Below, piece after piece: positions 45,946 through 54,225 of a DNA stretch of 64,000 nt (its first letter is position 1; the number at the start of each line of letters is the position of its first letter). Position numbers and translations under genes: made by a program. The notes under the pieces are model-generated. The model did no database searches. It saw nothing but the letters and a program-made list of their open reading frames with translations, and was not told the DNA's origin. The DNA lies in IMG/VR virus record IMGVR_UViG_3300045131_000274. The stretch is one strand, 5' to 3'. This stretch comes from an uncultured virus (IMG/VR IMGVR_UViG_3300045131_000274) (lineage: Duplodnaviria > Heunggongvirae > Uroviricota > Caudoviricetes).

Positions 45946-46099
45946 CAATCTCCACTGGCCCGTTAAACATAGCCATGCCCAACTGACCAAGCATGACCGC
46001 CTTTAAACGCTCTCGATCTTCTTCTGGGAACTCAGAGGCAACGTCATTCATTATTTTTAGAATGTCCTGTGCCATTTTTTGTGGTGTGATGGCGGTCAT
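45929..46099 (-). CDS. Hypothetical protein (56 aa)
   Basis: MTAITPQKMAQDILK..., with ATGA overlap. Not in the ORF track. Confidence 0.6.
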   Translation of the reverse strand: MTAITPQKMAQDILKIMNDVASEFPEEDRERLKAVMLGQLGMAMFNGPVEIDDGKA

Positions 46100-46326
46100 G
46101 CTTGTCCCCTTGCTCGGATTTCATTTGCTACTCCAGTTCTAGGCATACCATTGCTATTCCAATTCTCAGCAATGTCGGCACACGCCTCACGCTCATGTTG
46201 TGCTATTAGCTTGGCAAAGGCTTCAAGTTCTGGAGTATGAATTATCCAAAAGCCATTTTGCTCAGGGTCTACCTTGTCTTTGTCGCACGATGCTCTCAGC
46301 ATCGCAATGATTTCATCTTTTGTCAT
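46096..46326 (-). CDS. Small accessory protein (EREACA...IRARGQA family)
   Basis: Motif shared with 46323-46529 and 47100-47327. Confidence 0.7.
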   Translation of the reverse strand: MTKDEIIAMLRASCDKDKVDPEQNGFWIIHTPELEAFAKLIAQHEREACADIAENWNSNGMPRTGVANEIRARGQA

Positions 46327-46529
46327 GCTTGCCCCCTTTGGTCTATTGCCCGATAGCAAACAGCAACCGCCTCGTCAACAAATTGATTGCCTGTTTTCCA
46401 TGTGCAAAGTTTTTTGCATTCTGCACGCTCGGCAGAAGCGACAAGGTTGGCAAACTTGGCAAGAAACTCAGGAGTAGCGTCAAAGCCACCCGCCTCCCGC
46501 GTCCATTGTTCAATGTCTTCTCTGTTCAT
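46323..46529 (-). CDS. Small accessory protein (same family)
   Basis: MNREDI...FA.LV...ER..C...I.QRGQA. Confidence 0.7.
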   Translation of the reverse strand: MNREDIEQWTREAGGFDATPEFLAKFANLVASAERAECKKLCTWKTGNQFVDEAVAVCYRAIDQRGQA

Positions 46530-46780
46530 TTCGCCTCCAGTTGTTTCTGCGGTAGCTTGTCAATGAATGCCTCCCCAAACCTTACGCTGTTGGCATCCTC
46601 AATAGTCGTGTCGTCAAGCATCGCCTCTTCCATATCGCCGTGACAGTACACACGAAACCGCTTGCCTCCGTATGCAATGTCGTACATGGATTCCATGCGC
46701 TCAACAGGTTTGTTGCACACCGCACAGATCGGCACGTTATGCAACACCAGTTCGTATTTATTTGTGGTGGAAATTCTCAT
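46526..46780 (-). CDS. Hypothetical Zn-binding protein
   Basis: P.CAVCNKPV...V.CHG. Confidence 0.65.
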   Translation of the reverse strand: MRISTTNKYELVLHNVPICAVCNKPVERMESMYDIAYGGKRFRVYCHGDMEEAMLDDTTIEDANSVRFGEAFIDKLPQKQLEAK

Positions 46781-47103
46781 AAAACCTCCTCAAGAATGCG
46801 CCACGATTCCAACTTGTTGCCGTTTAAAGTAACCTCAACTGGAATGCCAACCATGTCTGCACATGAAGTTACCTTGGCTTGCTCCATTAGCTTTGCCACA
46901 CGACGGCACATCTCGCCCCAATGTTTAGTCTGATCCTCGACCGTCCACTGACAGTGCTGATCCGGAGTGCGTGTCCATGTGCCATCAAAGTCACCGACAC
47001 CCCAACCTTTACCGCCTAGCGTGACCGACATACCAAACATTGCACCGTCATAGCCGCCAAGACCAACGTCAAACTTTTGTATTTTGCCTAGCTCTTTAGT
47101 CAT
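46777..47103 (-). CDS. Hypothetical protein
   Basis: MTKELGKI...GYDGAMFG...G.PVEV......SWRIL.EVL. Confidence 0.7.
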   Translation of the reverse strand: MTKELGKIQKFDVGLGGYDGAMFGMSVTLGGKGWGVGDFDGTWTRTPDQHCQWTVEDQTKHWGEMCRRVAKLMEQAKVTSCADMVGIPVEVTLNGNKLESWRILEEVL

Positions 47104-47327
47104 GCTTGTCCCCTTGCTCGGATAGCTTCTGCAATAACTGTTGATGGGTGCGGATAACCTACTGCCCACTCGTCTGAAATCTTTGCACACGCCTCACGCT
47201 CCTCGGCAACAACCATCTCAACAAGGGTCATCAGGTGCTTGGTACTTACGTGCCACGACTTGTACTCTCGGTCTTTGTCTATGGCCTCAGCCAACATGTA
47301 GGTAATCTGTTCTGCGTTATAGGTCAT
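47100..47327 (-). CDS. Small accessory protein (EREACA...IRARGQA family)
   Basis: Family motif plus an ATGA overlap. Confidence 0.7.
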   Translation of the reverse strand: MTYNAEQITYMLAEAIDKDREYKSWHVSTKHLMTLVEMVVAEEREACAKISDEWAVGYPHPSTVIAEAIRARGQA

Positions 47328-47551
47328 CTGGGTGCCTCCTGATTTTTGTTTAGAAGTTTTTCAAAGTATTCGTTTGCATCTTTGACTTCGTACATCAGCT
47401 CTACGAACTGCATCAGGCCAGCAAAGTCGCAACGAATCTCGATGTCTGTTATTGGCAAATCCTGTTGATCTTTTGGAATCAACCCCGCCAATACGGCGTG
47501 CGCAACTACGGCGCTAAGCTCTATGCTTGGAAGTTTGTTTTCATTGGTCAT
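47324..47551 (-). CDS. Hypothetical protein
   Basis: 75 aa with AAGGAG RBS. Confidence 0.6.
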   Translation of the reverse strand: MTNENKLPSIELSAVVAHAVLAGLIPKDQQDLPITDIEIRCDFAGLMQFVELMYEVKDANEYFEKLLNKNQEAPR

Positions 47552-47727
47552 GAATTTTTCTCCTTGTTAAAATACCACTTCCATCTACGCTGCTTGGCAA
47601 TCAAACTAAGCATTTCTTTCGTATATCTTTCGAGTGCAACTCCCATCATGTTTGCAACCTTTACGTCGGTTGCAGACAAAAGAATCTTGCCAACCTTGTC
47701 TTGGCCCCTGACCTTACGGACTATCAC
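47548..47727 (-). CDS. 59-aa protein resembling the scaffold C-terminus
   Basis: GTGA and ATGA overlaps: MIVRKVRGQDKVGKILLSATDVKVANMMGVALERYTKEMLSLIAKQRRWKWYFNKEKNS. Not in the ORF track. Confidence 0.7.
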   Translation of the reverse strand: MIVRKVRGQDKVGKILLSATDVKVANMMGVALERYTKEMLSLIAKQRRWKWYFNKEKNS

Positions 47728-48071
47728 GCTTGCCCCAGTAACTTCAGACCTCGCTCCGCCAGCTTATCTTTAATTTCATTAAGACTTCTGCGGCCTAAAT
47801 TGGGTACTTTTAGTAAATCATTCTCGGTGCATCTAAGCAGCTGGCTGACCGTTCGAATGCTCTCCGCCTCCAGGCAAGACCTAGATCTAGCGCTTAGCTC
47901 CAAATTGGCAATATAAACATCGGCATTGGCGTCACGCAAAGTCCATTGCTCAATGATGTGCCGTCTGCGCTCTAACATCTCCCCTGCAAGGTCATAAGAC
48001 CTCACAAAACTATGCGGCGAAAGACGCAATATTTCTATTGCAAGTTGGTCCAGTAACTCTTCTTTGTTCAT
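47724..48071 (-). CDS. RNA polymerase alpha-CTD-like protein
   Basis: LELSARSRSCL..ESI..V.QL...TENDLLKVPNLGRRSLNEIK..L..RGL.L. Confidence 0.88.
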   Translation of the reverse strand: MNKEELLDQLAIEILRLSPHSFVRSYDLAGEMLERRRHIIEQWTLRDANADVYIANLELSARSRSCLEAESIRTVSQLLRCTENDLLKVPNLGRRSLNEIKDKLAERGLKLLGQA

Positions 48072-48367
48072 GTGTTCTTCTCCTTGAACTTTTCTTCCAC
48101 TAACACTTTGAAAATAAACGTATTGAGGTGATCCGTCGTCCAGTTAGGCATCTGCTTGATGATTGCGTTTGTTTCACTGTTGGTCAGGTTCTTCCACCGC
48201 TTCTTGGCTGGGCGTGGTTCAAACACAGGCATCCTGGGGTCGGTAAAGAACTCAGGCTCATCTTTCCATGCTGCCCAGGTAAACAACCAGCGCCACATCA
48301 TCTGCTCATTGCGGCAGGTGTATTGGTACTGCGCCATGCGTAAACATGCTTCTTGTCCTGGCTTCAT
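48068..48367 (-). CDS. Hypothetical protein
   Basis: W..LT..E...E.K.KEKN module. Confidence 0.6.
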   Translation of the reverse strand: MKPGQEACLRMAQYQYTCRNEQMMWRWLFTWAAWKDEPEFFTDPRMPVFEPRPAKKRWKNLTNSETNAIIKQMPNWTTDHLNTFIFKVLVEEKFKEKNT

Positions 48368-48594
48368 TTGTCACGCTCCTCTAGCATGGCATCGGCCGCT
48401 TTATATGCATCTGCTGCCAGTTCGTAACGATTGGGGTGTGAGCCTCCAGCCAACAATGCTTGCATAGCTTTGGCTGCAAAATAATCCCGCAGCGACATGC
48501 CGTCTGTGTGAATTGAAAAGCCCAGGATCCGCGATTCATCATCGACCATGAACCTGGGTGTTGGGAATGCTGCGCCGCCTGTTTTCTCTCTCAT
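48364..48594 (-). CDS. Conserved small phage protein (GG.AFP...GMSLRDYFAAKAM family)
   Basis: Family motif ending AY..ADAML.ER. Confidence 0.75.
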   Translation of the reverse strand: MREKTGGAAFPTPRFMVDDESRILGFSIHTDGMSLRDYFAAKAMQALLAGGSHPNRYELAADAYKAADAMLEERDK

Positions 48595-48773
48595 GTTGAT
48601 TCCTTTTTGTTTTCGTTTCTGATTGCCCTGCGCACAATTGTTTCTGTTACCCCAAATCTTTCTGCAATTTGTCGGTATGAAAGCCCCTGTTTACGCAGCA
48701 CGATTGCTCGCCTTACATCTACTGGTGTTGCCGGCCGGCCCGCGCCAATCCTAGCTCCGCCGTGTTTTGTCAT
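48591..48773 (-). CDS. Small HTH DNA-binding protein
   Basis: HGGAR.GAGRP followed by GLSYRQIAERFGV..T.VRR, with AAGGAG RBS. Confidence 0.8.
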   Translation of the reverse strand: MTKHGGARIGAGRPATPVDVRRAIVLRKQGLSYRQIAERFGVTETIVRRAIRNENKKEST

Positions 48774-48799
48774 ACGCTTCTCCTTTAAACTTGAAATCG

Positions 48800-48828
48800 A
48801 CTATACACGTATTCAAGATACTTTGCAA
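48800..48828 (-). promoter_or_regulatory. Sigma70-type promoter for the leftward replication block
   Basis: Minus strand TTGCAA-17 nt-TATAGT. Overlapped and flanked by AACAGG/CCTGTT half-sites at 48827-48856. Confidence 0.7.
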
Positions 48829-48869
48829 CAGGTTGTTCCTGTTTATTTATAACAGGCAGTACGTATAGC

Positions 48870-49300
48870 GATAGCAGACCCCCGAGACTCCCGACCTGTA
48901 CCCTTTGCACAGATATGTGGAAGTCACCAGCCAGTCGAAACCTGCTGCTCGCGGAACGTCGTATTCAACTATCGACCGCCCGTGTCGTGGGCCAGACGCT
49001 GATTGTCGGTTTGCTTGGTCGTTTTATGCAGTCGCTACGAAACGCTGCGGCGCCGGGGGTCTATTAAAGCGCCATCGGTTTCTTGAGTACGGCCCCGACA
49101 TTGGCCTATTAGCTAACGCGCTCTGACGAGTGGTGGCTAAAAAGCAAAAAACCCTTATTGAAAGATACGAGCTTTAGGCTTGGTTGCCGCATAAGAGCCT
49201 GCGTTGACAGGGCATCCTAGCTTTGACGAAGCCCGCTCCTTCAATAAGGGTTCGGGATGTCGTTTCAACGAACTACAACGGGTTACCAATCCGTTGATGG
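48870..49300 (-). ncRNA. Candidate structured non-coding RNA / attenuated leader
   Basis: No convincing ORF. Multiple stems, including a 13-bp inverted repeat and a loop-to-distal 9-bp pairing. A promoter lies just upstream. Confidence 0.45.
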
Positions 49301-49304
49301 ATGA

Positions 49305-49335
49305 ATTGTATCAAACAAATGTATAGATTTGTCAA
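49305..49335 (-). promoter_or_regulatory. Sigma70-type (extended -10) promoter
   Basis: Minus strand TTGACA-19 nt-TACAAT, with TG at -15/-14. Confidence 0.55.
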
Positions 49336-49351
49336 TACCCTATGAAAAAAT

Positions 49352-49468
49352 TGTTGGTGGGCACATGAAGCAGTGTGGGCGCTAAAACCGAACTAAGGAA
49401 CAACGCGCGGCGCTAACCCGCTTACCACCAACACGACTGAGGACTGGCGCCAATCCCCATGCGTGTTG
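49352..49468 (-). ncRNA. Candidate small structured RNA with two competing hairpins
   Basis: tgttggtgg/ccaccaaca and caacacg/cgtgttg stems share CAACA. G-U pairs favour the minus strand. Confidence 0.45.
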
Positions 49469-49476
49469 CCCCTGAG

Positions 49477-49504
49477 AAAAAAGCGGCCCCAGTTACGGAG
49501 CCGC
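49477..49504 (-). terminator. Rho-independent terminator
   Basis: Minus strand GCGGCTCC-GTAACT-GGGGCCGC-TTTTTT. Confidence 0.75.
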
Positions 49505-49565
49505 AAAGCAATCAAAGGAGAAACGTAAACCAACAAACCAACCAGCCCTCTGGAATGATTCCATA

Positions 49566-49850
49566 TTACACACATTTTTTTAAAACTTCAACCGCATCTT
49601 CAACAGAATTAACAATAAATAAATTATTACCTGGCCATTCCTCGTGGAACTTCTGTTCCGCCGCCGTCAGATCGCGGGCCGATGCAGCCTTGCTTCCATC
49701 TTTTATTTCAAATAAAAGCGTATGGCCGTTGTAGTAAACCAACAAATCAAACAAGCCGGCGTGATTGATTGAGCGCACATAGGCACCGCAGTCCCGCAGA
49801 AATAGAACTATTTCGTTTTCATTGTCGTCGCGCCTGGCTGCTCGTCGCAT
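49566..49850 (-). CDS. VRR-NUC / PD-(D/E)XK endonuclease (resolvase-like)
   Basis: RAARRDDNE.EIV..LR..G...DLLV.....L.EIKDG...LT..E..F. Confidence 0.8.
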   Translation of the reverse strand: MRRAARRDDNENEIVLFLRDCGAYVRSINHAGLFDLLVYYNGHTLLFEIKDGSKAASARDLTAAEQKFHEEWPGNNLFIVNSVEDAVEVLKKCV

Positions 49851-49899
49851 ACAAAAGTCCTCATGTTGATTAGCGTTTATACCAGATATAAAAAAACTG

Positions 49900-49928
49900 T
49901 TGACGTACATGGACCTACCTGTTACATT
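49900..49928 (+). promoter_or_regulatory. Sigma70-type promoter for the recombination block
   Basis: TTGACG-17 nt-TACATT with an extended TG. Confidence 0.65.
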
Positions 49929-49959
49929 CACACACAGAACAACCAGTCAGGAGAAACCA

Positions 49960-50202
49960 ATGGATAAACCGGAACTTCAATCAATGGGCACGGCATATGA
50001 GCTGGCCACGTACTTAGTAGATCACGCTATGGACAAAGCAAGCGGCAACGGCATGCTGGCCTCTCTCGCATTAGGCATGGCATACGCATCACTGATGTGT
50101 TCCAACCGTGTCGCAGAAGAGAAAGCCCAGGCCCTGATCAGCGGCGTCTACGAACGCTCAGCCCGCTTCGATGCAATGGGAGGCTCGCATGAAACTCACT
50201 AA
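49960..50202 (+). CDS. Hypothetical protein
   Basis: AGGAG RBS, start MDKPEL. Confidence 0.6.
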   Translation: MDKPELQSMGTAYELATYLVDHAMDKASGNGMLASLALGMAYASLMCSNRVAEEKAQALISGVYERSARFDAMGGSHETH

Positions 50203-51067
50203 CAACTACAACCTGCCCGAGACAATCGTCAACGTTTTAAAGCGCCCGACGTACAGCAAAGGCAAGGCAAACATATCGGCCACCGAACTACTCAACAGCC
50301 CCCGCGTTGTGCAGCTCAAACGCAAACACTGGGACGACATAGAAGAGGACGCGGCCGACATGGTTTGGTCCCTGTTTGGGACTGCTGTGCACGGCGTACT
50401 GGAACACGGCAAAGACGACCACCACATTGTAGAAGAGCGCATTCATACCGAGGTGGACGGCTGGAAGATATCCGGCGCCATCGACCTGCAAGAGTTGACC
50501 GATGCCGGCACCATTCTGTCTGACTACAAAGTCACCAGCGCATGGGCTGTAATGAATGAGAAACAAGATTGGCATTCACAGTTAAACCTGTACGCCTACC
50601 TGGTTGAAAGCGTCAAGAAAAAGCCGGTATGCAAGGCGCAGATCGTCGCTATCGTCCGGGACTGGTCGCGCCGGGACGCTAAGACCCGCGAGGGTTACCC
50701 GCAAGCACCGATTGTGGTAATTGACATACCCCTATGGTCATTTGAAGAAAGAGAAGCGTACGTAAAAGCGCGCGTCGCTTTGCACGAAGCAGCTTTCTTT
50801 GATGCAGAAACAGGCGGGAGCATTTCCGAATGCACCCCCGAAGAGATGTGGGAAAAACCCACTATGTATGCCGTTAAAAAAGACGGCGCAGCCAGGGCCA
50901 AGAGCGTTCACAAGACGCTTGAAGAAGCTCAGGCAGCCCTAGAAGTCGCAAAGACCAAGGGCTACGGCATCGAGGTGCGTGAAGGCGACCGCACCCGCTG
51001 CTCAGGATTCTGTCAAATCGCCCAGTACTGTGATCAATACCAAACCTACCTCAAGGAGAAACCATGA
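50189..51067 (+). CDS. PD-(D/E)XK exonuclease (Cas4/RecB-like)
   Basis: GTAVH..LE, ISGAID, DYKVT, QLNLY and a C-terminal Cys cluster. Confidence 0.85.
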   Translation: MKLTNNYNLPETIVNVLKRPTYSKGKANISATELLNSPRVVQLKRKHWDDIEEDAADMVWSLFGTAVHGVLEHGKDDHHIVEERIHTEVDGWKISGAIDLQELTDAGTILSDYKVTSAWAVMNEKQDWHSQLNLYAYLVESVKKKPVCKAQIVAIVRDWSRRDAKTREGYPQAPIVVIDIPLWSFEEREAYVKARVALHEAAFFDAETGGSISECTPEEMWEKPTMYAVKKDGAARAKSVHKTLEEAQAALEVAKTKGYGIEVREGDRTRCSGFCQIAQYCDQYQTYLKEKP

Positions 51068-51567
51068 ATGATGTTCATAAAGCATCGCTAGAACGAGCCA
51101 TTAAAACTCTTACAGCTTTAGACTGTACCTTCGCCATTGTCGATTCAGCAAAAGAATTGCACGGCAGCCCCCTGACCGTGTTAGATGAGCTGGGTTCTAC
51201 CTATGCCGTCATTGACTTAGCCGGTGTACGCCACGGCCTGGTTAGCGCCGTCCTAGAAAAGATGGAATGCCAATACGTCATCACCACTAAAGATGGGATG
51301 AAGTACAGCAACACCATTGAAAAAACCCCGGAGCCGCCAGTTAGAGTGGCCCGAGAATTCCCTCACGGTGACACGCGCGCATATGTCAAGTCGTTTGTTG
51401 GCTCCCTGCAGGTTGGTGATACAGTCTCCATCCCCGCAGACAAATATGGAGTGAGCAACATTCAAAACTCAGTAACTTCATGGTTTGTCAGCACGTACGG
51501 GAAAAATTCCTGTACTACTTTTCAAAACAAATCAACCAACGCCGTTGATGTATTGAGGATCGGATGA
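51064..51567 (+). CDS. Hypothetical protein with internal degenerate repeats
   Basis: L..L....A..D..G..HG-like unit repeated about three times. Confidence 0.6.
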   Translation: MNDVHKASLERAIKTLTALDCTFAIVDSAKELHGSPLTVLDELGSTYAVIDLAGVRHGLVSAVLEKMECQYVITTKDGMKYSNTIEKTPEPPVRVAREFPHGDTRAYVKSFVGSLQVGDTVSIPADKYGVSNIQNSVTSWFVSTYGKNSCTTFQNKSTNAVDVLRIG

Positions 51568-51749
51568 TGCTGCAACAACTTAAACACCAAATCAAAGAAT
51601 TTTTTATGGAAGAGCCGCGGTTCTCTATTGAAGAAGAACTCAACGCCCTGCGCCGACGCAACGAAGCCAGAGCTAAAGCGGCCATCGCAGAATTGGGCGA
51701 AAAGTGGATAGCCCACCCCAGTCACGCAGCACAAAGGATTAAACAATGA
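51564..51749 (+). CDS. Hypothetical protein
   Basis: I.ELGEKWIAHP motif. Confidence 0.65.
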   Translation: MMLQQLKHQIKEFFMEEPRFSIEEELNALRRRNEARAKAAIAELGEKWIAHPSHAAQRIKQ

Positions 51750-51982
51750 AACGCAACACGCAAGAAGCCGCGCCATGCTCGGCGCAAACGGCCTACAAAC
51801 TTAAAGGTGTGACCTACGTCCCCCACTACCGCAACAACAGCGTGTATGTTGGACCTGGATACCCTACGCACAACAGGTCGCGGTATAGCGCAGACGAGCT
51901 GGTGCTTGCGGGCGCAGCCATGGTCACCGAGCTGCTGTGGGTGCGGGCCAATCACGGCATCTGTAACGAAATCAACCCATAA
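51746..51982 (+). CDS. Hypothetical protein
   Basis: YVPHY.N..VYVGPG. Confidence 0.65.
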   Translation: MKRNTQEAAPCSAQTAYKLKGVTYVPHYRNNSVYVGPGYPTHNRSRYSADELVLAGAAMVTELLWVRANHGICNEINP

Positions 51983-51990
51983 GGAAAATA

Positions 51991-52686
51991 ATGTCTGTTC
52001 ACAAAAAACTAATGCAAGCTCGGGTAAAGCTGCAAGCTACAGAGATGAAGAAGTCAGGACTAAACAAGTTTGCGGGCTACAGTTATTTTGAGTTGGGTGA
52101 CTTCATCCCCCACATCCAAACAATCTTTAATGATATTGGTCTGTGCGGCGTAGTGTCGTTTGATGCTACACATGCTACCTTGTGTATCACCGACACAGAA
52201 GACGGCTCACAGATCGTTGTGACCTCTCCTATGGCCGAAGCTAACCTGAAGGGCGCACACCCCATCCAAAACCTGGGCGCCGTTTTGAGTTACCAGCGTC
52301 GCTACCTTTGGATGGCAGCTTTAGAAATTGTGGAACATGACATCATTGATGCCAGCCCCAACAACGAAGCTTCAGCCAAACCAGTAGTGCGAGCAGCGCC
52401 AAAGGCGGAAGAAAAGAAAGCGCCCGCCAAGATGGAAGGTGCCGACGCCCCCTGGTCGCTCAAGGTCACAGCCAAACCGGGCACTGATGTTGGCGAGTGG
52501 TGCTCATTGGTGATCGACATGGCGCGCATGGGCCTGACCCAGTGCGGCAGCGAAGCAGATGTCATGTCTATCTTCAAAGTTAACCGCGCAATCTTTGACC
52601 ACCTCAAGGTGTCCGACGCAGACCGCTATGACGAACTCATGGCGGAATTTAAAAAAGCAAGAGCTAATCACAAGGAAGCAGCATGA
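51991..52686 (+). CDS. erf: ERF-family single-strand annealing protein
   Basis: KSG.NKF..Y.Y.EL.D...IQ.LGA..SYQRRY, located between the exonuclease and SSB genes. Confidence 0.85.
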   Translation: MSVHKKLMQARVKLQATEMKKSGLNKFAGYSYFELGDFIPHIQTIFNDIGLCGVVSFDATHATLCITDTEDGSQIVVTSPMAEANLKGAHPIQNLGAVLSYQRRYLWMAALEIVEHDIIDASPNNEASAKPVVRAAPKAEEKKAPAKMEGADAPWSLKVTAKPGTDVGEWCSLVIDMARMGLTQCGSEADVMSIFKVNRAIFDHLKVSDADRYDELMAEFKKARANHKEAA

Positions 52687-53060
52687 ACTCAATCACAGTG
52701 GCCGGAACCATCGGCAAAGACGCAGAAGTTAAAAGAATGGCCAACGGCGATGCCTTGTGCAATTTCTCCGTAGCAGACGGCCAGGGCAAAGACAAGCCAA
52801 CCATTTGGTGGAACTGCAGTCTGTACGGCAAGCGCGCAGAAGCCCTGTCCCAGTACCTCATCAAAGGTCAGGCGGTCACCGTGTCCGGCACAGTGTCCGA
52901 GCGCGAATGGACTGACAAAGAAGGCAGCAAGCGCAAGTCTATGGATGTTCGTGTGGGTGATGTAGCCCTGCAAGGCGGCCGCCGCGATGCAGAGCCGCAG
53001 CAAGAGCGCCGCGCAGCACCCAAGATGGACACGGCCGAAGACCAAGACATTCCCTTCTGA
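52683..53060 (+). CDS. ssb: Single-stranded DNA-binding protein
   Basis: OB-fold motifs and an acidic tail ending DQDIPF. Confidence 0.93.
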   Translation: MNSITVAGTIGKDAEVKRMANGDALCNFSVADGQGKDKPTIWWNCSLYGKRAEALSQYLIKGQAVTVSGTVSEREWTDKEGSKRKSMDVRVGDVALQGGRRDAEPQQERRAAPKMDTAEDQDIPF

Positions 53061-53062
53061 CC

Positions 53063-53482
53063 ATGAAGACCAACAACTTTGAAGCCGTCAAGATTGCGAT
53101 GACGCAGAATCGTACCGGCTACGTGTTGACCTTGTCCGTCCACCCCGACGACGTGCCCGAAGACATCCTTCGTGACTTTGTTGGGGCACGGTACCAGGTT
53201 GTCATGGTCCGGCTAAACGCGCAAGAAGAACCAATGAACCGTGAGCATGAGTACTCACGCGACCTGGTTCGCAGCGCCGGGATGCTGTGCCGTGACCCAC
53301 TCTTTCAGAAGTTTCTGTGCCAAGCGGGCCAGACCTTTGGTGAAAGCGAAGAAGAAGCCCGGCAATGGATGCTGGCTGAATTCCAAATCGCCTCACGCGC
53401 AGAACTTAAAAATAACCCAGAAGCGGCCAGACAATACATGGCCGTGCAACAGGAATACCTAGCATGGAAACAAAGCGCCTAA
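53063..53482 (+). CDS. Conserved hypothetical phage protein
   Basis: FEAVK...GYVLTLSVHPDD.P....RDFVGARY...AG.LCRDP.F. Confidence 0.7.
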   Translation: MKTNNFEAVKIAMTQNRTGYVLTLSVHPDDVPEDILRDFVGARYQVVMVRLNAQEEPMNREHEYSRDLVRSAGMLCRDPLFQKFLCQAGQTFGESEEEARQWMLAEFQIASRAELKNNPEAARQYMAVQQEYLAWKQSA

Positions 53483-53769
53483 TCCCTTATTCGGTCCACC
53501 TGCGGGAGGACATTTACCATCAGCTAAAAGACGCCGCAAGGGGCCGTAAAGCCAGCGGAATCGTGCGTGACGCCATCACCATGATCATCGAGGGCGACGA
53601 CGCCTTTAACGCGGGGTTTAACAAAGGCCTACGCGAAGCCATGAAGGTAGTGCGTGATGACGTTTGGGCCAAGAGCCTGTCTGTTCACGGCGAACTGATG
53701 TCAGAAGTATTGGCTGACCAGATCGCAGAAAAGATTGGGGGCGAAAATGGCAACAAGAAAAAAGGCTGA
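53464..53769 (+). CDS. Ribbon-helix-helix-like protein
   Basis: PYSVHL......LK..A......IVRDAI. Confidence 0.6.
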   Translation: METKRLIPYSVHLREDIYHQLKDAARGRKASGIVRDAITMIIEGDDAFNAGFNKGLREAMKVVRDDVWAKSLSVHGELMSEVLADQIAEKIGGENGNKKKG

Positions 53770-53953
53770 AGGCATAGCAGCCCTGGCGCCCAAGCCGCAC
53801 AACCCATCTATCCAGGACATTACGATGCTTGACTGGTATGCGATGGCTCTCACGATTGCTTGGATTTGCACCGACGAAGATCACGGCGCGGAAGCCGAAA
53901 AGATCTTTGACATGGCAGAAGCCTTGATGGCCGAGCGGGAGAAACGAATATGA
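53747..53953 (+). CDS. Small protein related to 48364-48594
   Basis: ITMLDWYA...FDMAEALMAER. Confidence 0.65.
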   Translation: MATRKKAEGIAALAPKPHNPSIQDITMLDWYAMALTIAWICTDEDHGAEAEKIFDMAEALMAEREKRI

Positions 53954-54225
53954 TCCAAGGCCTTGAACACGTAGGCACTGACCACAAGTGCAATGTATGC
54001 CAGTGTGACTTCACGGATGATGAAGGCGGCATTCAGGGCTACTTCGGTATTCTGCCGGTAGCGTTCTGCCCAACTTGTTACGCAAGCATGTGCGACATGG
54101 TAGGCCAGCTGGATGACCGCGAATGGGAAGGGCTGACGAATGAGGAGATCGACCAGCTGGGCCTAAGTAACTACCGGCAAGTTGTGCGTGAAACCGAATC
54201 CAAGCTCAGGGAGAAAAACACTTGA
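53950..54225 (+). CDS. Zn-binding hypothetical protein
   Basis: CNVC...FCPTC plus a WEGLTNEEI...E.KLREKN module. Confidence 0.65.
   Translation: MIQGLEHVGTDHKCNVCQCDFTDDEGGIQGYFGILPVAFCPTCYASMCDMVGQLDDREWEGLTNEEIDQLGLSNYRQVVRETESKLREKNT

Noticed and set aside
50189..51067. Cas4 as part of a CRISPR system
   Set aside because: No cas genes or array. The context with ERF and SSB indicates a recombination exonuclease.
48364..53953. Paralogy of 48364-48594 with 53747-53953, and shared W..LT..E modules
   Set aside because: Real, but these are very common small-protein families in proteobacterial phages and not distinctive.
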